Assembly: GCA_044226015.1 (NCBI GenBank)
Contig: JBGAHS010000004.1
Location: forward strand, 64,001-128,000
Source: Candidatus Obscuribacteraceae bacterium
GTDB taxonomy: Bacteria; Cyanobacteriota; Vampirovibrionia; Obscuribacterales; Obscuribacteraceae
Length of the DNA stretch: 64,000 bases
Direction of reading: 5' to 3'
Shown here: in pieces, positions 39,263 through 48,813 of the stretch
How positions within the stretch are numbered: the first letter of the stretch is position 1
Layout: the number at the start of each line of letters is the position of its first letter
Notes under the pieces: generated by a model
What the model saw: only the letters and a program-made list of their open reading frames with translations
The model's database searches: none
Told to the model about the DNA's origin: nothing
Translations under genes and position numbers: made by a program

Positions 39263-40585
39263 ATGTCATTGGACGTCAGGTCAGCAACATTGAGGTCAGC
39301 GACAATCTCGGTATGTTTGTGTCTGCTGGCAGTGCAGCCTGTTCTCAGTATTGATGAACAAAAAGATGGCGGACAGGCGAAGAACGCGCAAAGTTCTGCT
39401 ACAGGAAAGAACCCCGCTGAACGAAACGCTGCTGAAAAAAACGGCAGCCCGATTCTTGTTAGAAGCATGACTCAGAGTTCTCCGGCTTCAATAAAAGAAG
39501 ATTTTGTTGTAGGCAAGGTTAAGTCTGTCTCCGATGCCACTGTCAATTCTCAAATTCTCTCTGGAAGCGGAATGGTGACGCGTACCCAGAAAGTCGATGT
39601 TGAGGTATTGGAGGGACCACTTAAGGGTGTTACCGTGCCTGTTTTGAACGAATTGACGGACAACCCTTCCTTCAATATTTCAGTCCAAGAGGGAAAAGAG
39701 GTGATACTGTCTGTAGTGGCAGATGGTAAGGCGATGGAGTTCAATATCGCTGACTATCACCGCGCACCTACCCTTGCAATTTTGGGACTGGTGTTTCTTG
39801 CAGCCTTTCTGTATTTCGGAGGGAAGTCTGCCGTTAAATCGCTGCTTGGTTTGCTTGCGGCGATAGGCTTAATTGGCTTTGTTTTACTGCCGTTGAGTCT
39901 AAAGGGGTTCAATCCATTGATTAGCGCTGCGTTAATTTGCTTTGCTGCCTCTTGCGTCACCGTGTGGGCAATCGCTGGGCGCTCAAAGAAATCGCTTGCC
40001 GCTCTGCTAGGAACTTTTGGCGGAGTCGTTGTTTCGGGAATTGCTGCGCAGTTGGTGATTGTTTCAGCTCCATTGACGGGCTTGTCTTCTGAAGAGGCGC
40101 AAATTTTGCGCGCTAACATGACTGGGCAATCACCGGTATTCTTTTCGGGATTGCTAGCCGCCTCGATGCTTATTGGAGCGCTCGGTGTCATCATGGACGT
40201 TGGCATTTCGATTGCGTCAGCCGTCTGGGAATTGAGTCAGACTGACCCTGGTCTGTGTGCGCGGCAGCTATACGAAAAGGGCATGAATGTTGGAAGAGAC
40301 ATCATGGGCAGTATGACTTGCACTCTGGTTCTTGCTTATTCAGGAAGTGCTCTGCCGCTGCTTCTTCTCATGTCTACGATGCCTTCAATGAAGCTGGTGA
40401 ATCTTGATCTCGTGGCAAGCGAAATTGCTGCTGCACTCACGGGTAGTCTTGGTCTAGTTTGCACGATTCCATTGACGGCGCTAGCCGCATCTCGGCTTAT
40501 GGCGCACGGTGGTGGTGCCGCTGCTGCGGTGGACAAATCGAATTCGAAAGACCCTTTTGCGGAGTTCGATAAATCTAGTGTCTAA
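39263..40585 (+). CDS. YibE/F family membrane protein
   Basis: IGALGVIMDV..SIAS, GMNVGRDIMG.M..TLVLAY.G. Confidence 0.88.
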   Translation: MSLDVRSATLRSATISVCLCLLAVQPVLSIDEQKDGGQAKNAQSSATGKNPAERNAAEKNGSPILVRSMTQSSPASIKEDFVVGKVKSVSDATVNSQILSGSGMVTRTQKVDVEVLEGPLKGVTVPVLNELTDNPSFNISVQEGKEVILSVVADGKAMEFNIADYHRAPTLAILGLVFLAAFLYFGGKSAVKSLLGLLAAIGLIGFVLLPLSLKGFNPLISAALICFAASCVTVWAIAGRSKKSLAALLGTFGGVVVSGIAAQLVIVSAPLTGLSSEEAQILRANMTGQSPVFFSGLLAASMLIGALGVIMDVGISIASAVWELSQTDPGLCARQLYEKGMNVGRDIMGSMTCTLVLAYSGSALPLLLLMSTMPSMKLVNLDLVASEIAAALTGSLGLVCTIPLTALAASRLMAHGGGAAAAVDKSNSKDPFAEFDKSSV

Positions 40586-41483
40586 GCGCGTTATATACGG
40601 ATTTCTTCTTTTCTCGATTGCTGTGTTCGGGCTAATCGTTGGTGGAATTGTCTGGCCGATAGTTCTTGGTACAGCATGCATCATTGGAGGAAACGAATTC
40701 GTTGCGATGTCGCAAGCAAAAGGAATGAAGCCGTCACCTCGACTGGTACGCTTCATGATTTTTTGTTTCTTTCTAACAGCCGGAATTCCGACAATTCCAG
40801 GGCTGGAGCATCTTGGTCCTAAATGGTCTATTGATCACTTTCCATTCCTTTTTACGTTTGGAATTTGTGCTTCGTTTTTCCGCCTTTTATTCAGAACAGA
40901 GAATCCACCTGCCACCATTGCTGATATTGCCACCACTATTCTCGGTTTCATTTATGTAGGATGGCTGCCCAGTCACCTTATTCTCCTGCGCAATGTTGTC
41001 CCGGCTGATTCAGTTCTTTCTGCTAACCCTCTGCAGCAGCCGGGGTTGGCCTATGTCTGGGCAAGCTTGTTTATTATTTGGGCGACGGATGTTTTTGCAT
41101 ATTATGCTGGCAAGAAGTTCGGCAAGCGATTGCTCTATCCTCAGATAAGTCCGAAGAAGACAATTGAGGGTGCCGTTGGGGGACTCTTATCAGCAGTTTT
41201 CTGGTCTGTGGTTGTTGTCTATTGCGCTGACCATTATGTGTTTCCGCAGCTGCAGCCGTTTCAAGGAAAGCTCTGGCAAGCACCACTCATGGGTGCGTTT
41301 GTGTCAATCGGAGCTCAGCTCGGTGATTTATGCGAGTCCCTATTAAAGCGCGATGCCGGAATGAAAGATTCCGGCACGCTAATTCCTGGTCATGGTGGCA
41401 TGTTAGACCGCGGCGACGGTCTGATTTTCGGCGGAGCCATTAGCTATTACTGGATCTGCCTTTTTGTGCTTGGCACGCTCTGA
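40578..41483 (+). CDS. cdsA: Phosphatidate cytidylyltransferase
   Basis: WATDVFAY, ISPKKTIEG, GDLCES.LKR, KDSG.LIPGHGG.LDR; GTG at 40578 overlaps the upstream stop. Confidence 0.95.
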   Translation: MSKRVIYGFLLFSIAVFGLIVGGIVWPIVLGTACIIGGNEFVAMSQAKGMKPSPRLVRFMIFCFFLTAGIPTIPGLEHLGPKWSIDHFPFLFTFGICASFFRLLFRTENPPATIADIATTILGFIYVGWLPSHLILLRNVVPADSVLSANPLQQPGLAYVWASLFIIWATDVFAYYAGKKFGKRLLYPQISPKKTIEGAVGGLLSAVFWSVVVVYCADHYVFPQLQPFQGKLWQAPLMGAFVSIGAQLGDLCESLLKRDAGMKDSGTLIPGHGGMLDRGDGLIFGGAISYYWICLFVLGTL

Positions 41484-41486
41484 GAA

Positions 41487-42431
41487 TTATTTGTCTTTTG
41501 CTTTCGAGATGATGTAAGTCGCATTTTCGGATGCGGTGAATTTCAAGTTCTTTGGCATCATCGAATTGATAACCGCGTTGAAATTTTTCACTTGCTCTGG
41601 TGGCGACATTGCAAGTTCTGCCAATGTTCGTTCCATTTTGAACTTTTCTCGAGCACTCAGCTGCCCGCCAGAGCCCTCTTTTGCAGCGGACTCTGCCACC
41701 TGCTTCATAGCATCCATTTTTTCCTGACTTGGTGCGACAACAAATCTGTTTTGGTGTTTTTGCAACTCATAACCTGTCCAGACTTTGCTGTTCACCTGAT
41801 TGAAAAACTCATTGACGGCGGCTTCCCCGCCTTTCTTTGCTATGGTGTTAGCGCTTTTTTCAATGCTTTCCCAAGCATCAGGCGACATTGGTGGTCCGTC
41901 AAGTTGCCTTTCCGATAGACCTTTTTGAGCGTCGGCGATCATATCTAATCTTTCTTGCGTAGGTCCTATTCGATAAGCTCCTCCATCGCCAATTGTCTTA
42001 AACTCAAGACCATAACGCAGTTTCGCGTTAACTGCCTTTTCGAACTCGTCTACTCCCTTTTGTCCCTCGCTGGCTCGAATCTTCCGAATAGTGTTGTTTA
42101 GGTCTTCTGGAGAGCCAGGGTCTGGAGGCGCGGCTGGGGGCGCATCTGAGGGGCCCGAAGGGGAATACTCATTCAGTGATTTCACTGCAATATCAACTGC
42201 GGAATTTTTGTCGAATTTTTTTGTAGAGTTATCCACGATCTCGAATTTATTGTTGAGACCCTTCACTACACTATCTTTTGCACTCGCTTCCGTGGAAGCC
42301 TTTCTGGCACTATCATCACTGGGTGCTTCGGACTTCTGTGCCCGAGGAGCAAGATCATCATTCAGAATAAGTGCTGGCTCTGTAGTTTCTTTTGTTGGTG
42401 GATCGTTTTCCTGCACGTCACGAATCGGCAT
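41487..42431 (-). CDS. Hypothetical protein with disordered N-terminus and three divergent ~65-aa repeats
   Basis: 314-aa ORF with GAAAGG RBS; internal repeats visible in the translation. Confidence 0.7.
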   Translation of the reverse strand: MPIRDVQENDPPTKETTEPALILNDDLAPRAQKSEAPSDDSARKASTEASAKDSVVKGLNNKFEIVDNSTKKFDKNSAVDIAVKSLNEYSPSGPSDAPPAAPPDPGSPEDLNNTIRKIRASEGQKGVDEFEKAVNAKLRYGLEFKTIGDGGAYRIGPTQERLDMIADAQKGLSERQLDGPPMSPDAWESIEKSANTIAKKGGEAAVNEFFNQVNSKVWTGYELQKHQNRFVVAPSQEKMDAMKQVAESAAKEGSGGQLSAREKFKMERTLAELAMSPPEQVKNFNAVINSMMPKNLKFTASENATYIISKAKDK

Positions 42432-42655
42432 CGGTATTACCTTTCTTGCGGGGAGAGTTGGTAGCTTGAAATGCTAAGGCAGATTTGTGGCAGAAAAGTA
42501 CCTCCGGTCGAAACGCGGAGCAACGAGCGTCAGCAAAGATTTCCGGAAATCCAGCCCTATTTGAATTCCTATTTGGATACTCGCAGCCTGCTTCTGGCTA
42601 TATGGGGTTGAGGAATTTCGCTTGAGTTGATCTGCGTTTTTTTTTGTTCTCCGAA

Positions 42656-43546
42656 TCAGCAGCCCTCTGATTTCACCAATTTTGTGAAGTTGCGCAGAGC
42701 AGGATTGGGATTGTCTTTTCGCCACACCGTTCGCAGTTCCAACTTGGGGCGAAAGTTCTTTATCTGGAGTAGTTTTACATTGTGTGGTTTTCGTCCGAAT
42801 GCCGCTTCGGTGATAAACGTTACTCCAACTCCGGCTGAAGCAAGGCTTAGCATGGCGCTTTCGGTGAAGGCTTCTTGCACTACATTTAGGGTGATTCCTG
42901 ACTTTGAACATTCTGCAAGAACCATGTCGTAGAACATGGGGGCCATGTCTCGTTTGATCCAAACTACAGGGACCCCATCAAGATCGGACAGGTTGATACT
43001 GCTTCGTTTTGATAGAGGGTTGCTTGTTGAAACTGCAATGACTACTTTCTCAATGTTCAGAGAATGCTGTTCGATTGTTGGCAAATCTCGTGGCAGCCAG
43101 TACATAAAACCTGCGTCTATAGTCCCTTTAGTAAGCATTTCTCCTTGCAAAAGTGAGCTGGCTGGTATCAATTCCAGGTCAACTTGCGGATGTTTTTCAC
43201 GGAACTTTTTCACTACCTGCGGCATGTGCCCACTGTATGTTGCGCCGTCTGCAAAGCCCAGTCGAAGCGAGCCTGTCACGCCTCTGGCAGTATTTTGAGC
43301 CGCCACTATAGAGCGATCTAACTCATCGATGAGAGCAGAAGCTTTCGCTTGCAGCACTTTTCCAGCTGGTGTCAAACGCACTCCACGCGAAACACGTTCG
43401 AACAGGAGAAGACCTAATTCATCCTCAAGCTGCTTAATCTGCCTACTAAGGGCAGGCTGCACTATGTTCAGTTCTTGTGATGCTTTGCCGAAGTGCTCAT
43501 GCCTGGCCACTGATAGAAAGTAATGTAGTTGCCTAAATTCGATCAT
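42656..43546 (-). CDS. LysR-family transcriptional regulator
   Basis: LHYF..VA...HF.KAS..L.IVQPALSRQIKQLE.ELG..LFER..RGVRLT.AG. Confidence 0.96.
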   Translation of the reverse strand: MIEFRQLHYFLSVARHEHFGKASQELNIVQPALSRQIKQLEDELGLLLFERVSRGVRLTPAGKVLQAKASALIDELDRSIVAAQNTARGVTGSLRLGFADGATYSGHMPQVVKKFREKHPQVDLELIPASSLLQGEMLTKGTIDAGFMYWLPRDLPTIEQHSLNIEKVVIAVSTSNPLSKRSSINLSDLDGVPVVWIKRDMAPMFYDMVLAECSKSGITLNVVQEAFTESAMLSLASAGVGVTFITEAAFGRKPHNVKLLQIKNFRPKLELRTVWRKDNPNPALRNFTKLVKSEGC

Positions 43547-43573
43547 TTATTGATACCGATTTGCTATCAATAA
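43547..43573. promoter_or_regulatory. LysR recognition site (T-N11-A inverted repeat)
   Basis: TTATTGATA-ccgatttgc-TATCAATAA, perfect 9-bp arms between divergent LysR and GNAT genes. Confidence 0.75.
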
Positions 43574-43681
43574 TCATTATATTAGGTATTGGACGCTATT
43601 GAATGCAAGTGGCAGAATATCTGTCAGCTTGATTGATGCGCGTCTCAAGTAACGACACATTTAGAATTTGGGAGATAGGGA

Positions 43682-44185
43682 ATGCAATTGAGTATGACAA
43701 AGTTCAATGTAGTTGAATATGATGAGCGCTATCACGAGCAGGTAGTGGCTCTTGTTTCGCCGATTCAACAGATTGAATTCAATGTGCCAATTTCTGTTGA
43801 GGAACAGCCCGATTTGATGGACATTTCTGGAACCTTTAAGAAAGGCGACGGCAATTTTTGGATCTGTATCTGTGATGGTGAGCTTGTGGGTTGCGTGGGA
43901 CTGGTTGATATTGGCGAACAGAGCGTTGCACTGAAGAAGATGTTTGTCCGTGCCGATATGCGCGGAAAGGGGATTGGTGTCTCGGCTGCATTGCTCAATC
44001 ATGCCAAACAGTGGTGCTTCGATAAGCGTATCAAGACGATCTACTTAGGTTCGGTGGACCAAATGAAAGCCGCACATCGCTTCTACGAAAAAAATGGTTT
44101 CACTGAAATTGCTGTCGATAAGCTGCCCGCGAGTTTTCCAATCGTGAACGTTGACACCAAGTTTTACGTTTGTTCTTTGAGCTAG
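43682..44185 (+). CDS. GNAT N-acetyltransferase
   Basis: ALKKMFV...RGKG.G, AAHRFYEKNGF. Confidence 0.92.
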   Translation: MQLSMTKFNVVEYDERYHEQVVALVSPIQQIEFNVPISVEEQPDLMDISGTFKKGDGNFWICICDGELVGCVGLVDIGEQSVALKKMFVRADMRGKGIGVSAALLNHAKQWCFDKRIKTIYLGSVDQMKAAHRFYEKNGFTEIAVDKLPASFPIVNVDTKFYVCSLS

Positions 44186-44409
44186 TCTGTCGCAGCTGCT
44201 CTTGTGGATTTAGCTTTGTTGTCTGAGTTCAGGACAACCTTGTCTGAGATTAAATTTTTCGCTAATCGAATCGCTTGCTGGGGTCGACCCGGAAAAGGTC
44301 GCAAATAAAGATTTTGGGTCCAGCTGTTGAGGTGGGTGTTTGCGTGTAGGCAAAAGTGTGTATTGACTGACACTTTTCGACTCAATAGATTAATATCTGG
44401 AGGGATTCT

Positions 44410-45042
44410 ATGTTTACCGCAGACGAAGGCGAAGGATGGCAGCAGCTAGGAGATGGGTTGATGCCCAGCTCTTCAAAAGATGCTGGCGTTATGTTGGAAG
44501 GCTTTCACAAAATCGGTGAACAAACGGTCAGTGGGCTTTTCGGGCAAACTGCGATGCCTGACTTGAAGGATGCTCTTGGTGCTATGTTTGGCTCCAAGCC
44601 CGTTCAGGTCGGAGAACTGCCTAAGGTTGATTTCTTTGATTCAGGCTCGTCTGCAGCGGTTTCCGGCGCGGAAGCTGTTCCGGGCGCCGAACCATCTGGA
44701 ATGATGCAAGCTGGTGCTGGAGGCACTGTGGAAACCTTGCAAACCGTAGACACAAACGTTCAGGCAACCGCTGGTGGCGATAGTGTCTCCGGGCTCAGCG
44801 ATGCAACTAATCCTCTTGGCGATATCGGAAAAGCCGTGACAGACCTTGTAGGAAAGATGACTGACATGTTCGGATCTCTTGCACAGGGTCCCATGGGGCT
44901 ACTCGGTTCACTTTTGAACTTCTTGCTTACAGTCTTTACGGAGATACTGTCATCTATCGGAACCGCTGTGGCAGAGACCGCACGGGCTGCCGCCTCCATG
45001 GCTGCTGAAGCTTGGAAGAAGCACCTTGAAGCTACTGTGTAA
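44410..45042 (+). CDS. Hypothetical low-complexity protein with an amphipathic/hydrophobic helical C-terminus
   Basis: 210-aa ORF with GGAGG RBS. Confidence 0.7.
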   Translation: MFTADEGEGWQQLGDGLMPSSSKDAGVMLEGFHKIGEQTVSGLFGQTAMPDLKDALGAMFGSKPVQVGELPKVDFFDSGSSAAVSGAEAVPGAEPSGMMQAGAGGTVETLQTVDTNVQATAGGDSVSGLSDATNPLGDIGKAVTDLVGKMTDMFGSLAQGPMGLLGSLLNFLLTVFTEILSSIGTAVAETARAAASMAAEAWKKHLEATV

Positions 45043-45111
45043 GATTCGCTTGATCCCCTTTTAAATGTGCTATATTCATTTATGTTCTCCCGGAGAAACA
45101 TATTTTGCCGT

Positions 45112-45201
45112 GGAGAGGTGGCTGAGTGGTCGAAAGCGGCTTCCTGCTAAGAAGTTGTACGGTCAAAAACTGTACCGTGGGTTCAAATCCCACCCTCTCC
45201 G
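45112..45201 (+). tRNA. tRNA-Ser (GCT)
   Basis: Acceptor stem GGAGAGG/CCTCTCC, anticodon arm GCTTC-CTGCTAA-GAAGT, long variable arm, GTTCAAAT T-loop; CCA not encoded. Confidence 0.97.
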
Positions 45202-45209
45202 AATCTTTG

Positions 45210-45234
45210 AGCCCTGCCTAGCAGGGCTTTTTTT
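45210..45234 (+). terminator. Rho-independent terminator after tRNA-Ser
   Basis: AGCCCTGC-cta-GCAGGGCT followed by a T run. Confidence 0.85.
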
Positions 45235-45280
45235 ATGAAGCCTGGCAGTTTCCGTTCAGTACTGGCCTAGAATCTGTTTC

Positions 45281-45889
45281 TTAGTTGCTTATGACTGCCA
45301 GGTAGAGCATGGGCTCGTCTCTGAAAAGTGTAATTGTCATCTTAAGTTCAGAGCACCATTTCTCTAGAGTCTCACGGCTTGGCAAGAGCGAGAAAATCAA
45401 GTCAGGCTCGGCTTCTTTCAGTTGTCCAACAAAATCATTACCCATAGGATGGCTAATAGCAATTCGCCCTCCTTTGTTGAGCAGGTCGCGGCTTCGCTTC
45501 AGGACAGAAAGCTGATCAAAGATATTTCCAAAACAAGCGTTGAACACAATTAGATCAAACTTGCCGAAGCTCTCTGGAAGTTCCAAAATGTCTCCGTTCC
45601 AGAAGCTAACTTCTGGAAATCGGCGCTGTGCCTCGCCCAACATTTCGGCACTGAGGTCGCAGCCCACAATATTGGTGTAAGGCAGTCCAAGCTCATGGTA
45701 GTAAATCAAAAAAGCTCCGATTCCCGTGCCAACGTCGAGCAGTCGGATATCTTTCGCTGTGATGAGGCTGCGCGTTATTTCGCGGCTGCGGTTGATTACA
45801 TCTTCCGGAATAGGGCGCTTGAAAAAGTCGACATTTTTGTTGAAGTAGTCTCTCTGAAAGCTGACGTGCTCGTTTTTATCTTTCGTCAA
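45281..45889 (-). CDS. Class I SAM-dependent methyltransferase
   Basis: LLDVGTGIG, GCDLSAEML, FDLI, GGRI. Confidence 0.9.
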   Translation of the reverse strand: MTKDKNEHVSFQRDYFNKNVDFFKRPIPEDVINRSREITRSLITAKDIRLLDVGTGIGAFLIYYHELGLPYTNIVGCDLSAEMLGEAQRRFPEVSFWNGDILELPESFGKFDLIVFNACFGNIFDQLSVLKRSRDLLNKGGRIAISHPMGNDFVGQLKEAEPDLIFSLLPSRETLEKWCSELKMTITLFRDEPMLYLAVISN

Positions 45890-46096
45890 TTCAATAGCTC
45901 CGCGAGAAACACAAGGTCATTATCGCACGCCTTCCTCGTTCTGAAAACTCACTGAGTTTATTTGTGGTATTGCATGCGGTGGCAGAGCTTTGCTGCTTGA
46001 GGTGAACTGTTAGATCAGCGTTTAACAACTTCGTTTCTTTGCTTAACTTGCGCCCTCTGTCGTTGATTCCTTACATTTATTTGTCATACTAAGTAT

Positions 46097-47758
46097 GTGG
46101 AAGATGTATCGAAAATTTTGGCGGAGTTATTGCTGGCAATCGAGCTGGAGGCAACTGCATCGGCGCTTCAATCTCCGTTGGAACACAAACTCTCGAGCGG
46201 TCGCAAAAGCGGCAAATACAAAAATTACTACCTCTATGATTTCGATACGGAGACTGAATACCTCGATATCGATGTCGATAATGACAGCTTAGGACTAATG
46301 ATAAAGTCCGACGTGCAATCTGTTTCGCTGGCCCAACGGCGCGATTTTGGTATTACTTTGAAGTCTGAAAAAGACTTTGGAGACGAGCTGCCCACTTGCA
46401 GTCTCTGGGTGCGTTCTGGTTTGGTTTTGCGCGCTTTGAAGCGAAAACTCGAAGCCACCGCGCACGATTTGAGGCGCTTTCGACTACCAAGGGAAGTCTT
46501 CCAAAGGGTGAGCCGTAAAATATCAAACAACGAAATCGCTAATTTCACAAGAAGCGAGCCACCGCCCACTGTCAGCCAGCGTGCAGCGATCGAAAGCTCT
46601 TTTCACAACTCGCTTGCGATATTGCAATTTAGTCCGCAAACAGCCGCTTCCAAGTTGATTACTGTTACTCAGTGCATTGAAACACACCTGAATGCTGGAA
46701 GGCGAGTTTTGTTTTTGAGCAGTGGTGATCAGTTTCTAGATGTGGCGCTGGCCGGCATCATCGAGTTGTTGAAAAATAGCTTTTATAAGAGCTCTCAGAT
46801 GGTGAGGTTGGGTGTGCCCAGCCATGAGAGTTTTAGCGATTTCTTTCCGTTGGTTTCAGCTGAGAAACTTGCAGAACGCGAAAATGAGCATCGACAGGAC
46901 ATTGCTTTGCAGGTTGAAGAGGAAATCAACGAGTGCCAGGTCATTTTAGACCTGTTTGAGATGCTGCGGAAGCAAGAAAAAACGCTTGCTTCCATGCATG
47001 CTGAGATGAATACTCTTCAAGCTAAATTGGCACAGCAGGCACTTATCCGCAAGCAAGTCGTAGCTGAGTACAACCAGCTGAATGCTCATTACAAATTGTT
47101 GGGTCTTGATGCAGATAATTACGCCACGGCTGGTGATTGGTTGAAGAGAGAAGCTGATGCTTTACTGGGTGACATGGAGAGTCGCGTAGACCGTGTAAAT
47201 AATCTTGATGCAGTGACACAGGGTTTGATGCAAGAGTTCGAAAAGCTGAATGCATCCTATGTTGACCAGCTGAGTTTGAGGCAGGAAAAAATGACCCAGC
47301 ACCAGCTGAGTGATTTGTCCACTGCTGAATTAGAGTCTGTAGAGCTGGCTATTTTTCAAAGACTATCTCATCTTCAGGGGCAAGTACAGGAAATCAGGTC
47401 ATTACCTGATGTAGACGCGTGGGAGCAGATATGTCGGTGCCGCTTCGTGGCTACAACTCTCTCTAGAGCTGCGATGATGGACCGCGAGGATTTTGATTTC
47501 GACGTGGTGTTTATCGAGGGAGCTGACACGGCGCCGGCTTCTTTTGTGTTTTGGGCGGCATCACTGGCATCAAAGGCTATAACTCTCTACGGTGACTTTC
47601 ATGCTAGCCCACGCAAGCCTACCTGTTCAGAAGCTGCTGTCAAAAAATGGTTTGGAGAGAACGTTTTGGATCGCATGGAGCTGCGAAGCAAGCATGCGAT
47701 AGCCAATTGTGCATTTTTAACTATAGTGGAGCCTTATCTGAAGGGGTCTGAAAGCTGA
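46097..47758 (+). CDS. Degenerate Upf1/DNA2-like SF1 helicase homologue with a coiled-coil insert
   Basis: SQRAAI (Q motif), FSPQTAASK (eroded Walker A), GRRVLF, FDVVFIEGA (eroded Walker B), LYGDF; no second RecA domain. Confidence 0.7.
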   Translation: MEDVSKILAELLLAIELEATASALQSPLEHKLSSGRKSGKYKNYYLYDFDTETEYLDIDVDNDSLGLMIKSDVQSVSLAQRRDFGITLKSEKDFGDELPTCSLWVRSGLVLRALKRKLEATAHDLRRFRLPREVFQRVSRKISNNEIANFTRSEPPPTVSQRAAIESSFHNSLAILQFSPQTAASKLITVTQCIETHLNAGRRVLFLSSGDQFLDVALAGIIELLKNSFYKSSQMVRLGVPSHESFSDFFPLVSAEKLAERENEHRQDIALQVEEEINECQVILDLFEMLRKQEKTLASMHAEMNTLQAKLAQQALIRKQVVAEYNQLNAHYKLLGLDADNYATAGDWLKREADALLGDMESRVDRVNNLDAVTQGLMQEFEKLNASYVDQLSLRQEKMTQHQLSDLSTAELESVELAIFQRLSHLQGQVQEIRSLPDVDAWEQICRCRFVATTLSRAAMMDREDFDFDVVFIEGADTAPASFVFWAASLASKAITLYGDFHASPRKPTCSEAAVKKWFGENVLDRMELRSKHAIANCAFLTIVEPYLKGSES

Positions 47759-47872
47759 ACTCTGCCATAGTCGGGAAATTTGCTCTTCTACAGCTAAAAT
47801 GAACCTATGTCCACACTGGCTAAGCTAGCTTAAACTTGGTATCTTCTTAGCTAGTGGATTAATTGGACGTAA

Positions 47873-48796
47873 ATGAACACACAGTTGATTAAGTCAAAGT
47901 TTGTAACTGCTAAAACCTTTTGGCTTCTGCTTGGAATTTTGTTCGTTTCTATTTTTCTGCGCGACTTTCCTGTTTTGAATTGGTTTTTCGCGCCGTTTAA
48001 CCAATTTGAAGTACTTCTGCATGAAGCGAGCCACGCCATCGCATGCGTCTTCACTGGTGGCTCTGTTTCAGGTTTGACTATAGTAGAAGATGGAAATGGA
48101 CATGGCGGTCTGACTTTTACACATGGTGGCATTCCATTCATCTATTCGCAAGCAGGCTACATCGGGGAAACTCTATGGGGCTGCTTTCTCATAGCCGTTG
48201 CTAGATTTCCCAACCTTTCAAGGACTGCTTTAGTTCTTTTTGGAATTGGAGTCGGCCTTGTAAGTTTGGTCTTCATGTCGGGCGCGCTCTTTGCACCAGG
48301 AATGTTCTTGCAAGCTGCTGGTTCTATAGTCTGGGGGGTAGCTATATCGGCTCTGCTCGTTTGGATCGGTATGAAGTTTTCCGACAAGTGGGCACATGCA
48401 ATTCTTTTGTTCATCGCGGTTCAATCTTGCTTGAGTTCTCTGCAGGGAGTCTGGGTTTTGTTCTTGCAGTCTCTTGGATTTTTTCCCGGCACCTGGTCTG
48501 ATGCGACAAATATGCAAAGACTGACCGGAATTCCCGCCGCATTCTGGGGCATAGGCTGGTCCTTATTCTCAATTTTTATGCTGGGTTTGATGCTCTATTG
48601 GTCTTTCAAGGCTGACCACGCGGCTGGGGCTCAATCAAAGAACGGTGACAAGATCAAACTTTCAATTGACCCGGCACAGCAGGTCAAGAAAATCAACGCA
48701 CAGGCGGATATCGAGGCAGAGCTTTCCCATTTGCACCAGACGCTTGATGCTGGACAAAAGATCAACATCAAGAAAGAAGAACGCCACCGCAAGTAG
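47873..48796 (+). CDS. M50B-like membrane metallopeptidase
   Basis: HEASH, TGG.V, AGY, WSDA; multiple TM segments. Confidence 0.88.
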   Translation: MNTQLIKSKFVTAKTFWLLLGILFVSIFLRDFPVLNWFFAPFNQFEVLLHEASHAIACVFTGGSVSGLTIVEDGNGHGGLTFTHGGIPFIYSQAGYIGETLWGCFLIAVARFPNLSRTALVLFGIGVGLVSLVFMSGALFAPGMFLQAAGSIVWGVAISALLVWIGMKFSDKWAHAILLFIAVQSCLSSLQGVWVLFLQSLGFFPGTWSDATNMQRLTGIPAAFWGIGWSLFSIFMLGLMLYWSFKADHAAGAQSKNGDKIKLSIDPAQQVKKINAQADIEAELSHLHQTLDAGQKINIKKEERHRK

Positions 48797-48813
48797 TGGC
48801 GCAGTCCACTTGC

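Noticed and set aside
42474..42962. 162-aa ORF overlapping LysR
   Set aside because: Alternative frame of the LysR 3' half with no protein-like features
45112..47758. tRNA-Ser as the integration site of an island
   Set aside because: No integrase and no duplicated tRNA 3' end seen; the terminator follows directly
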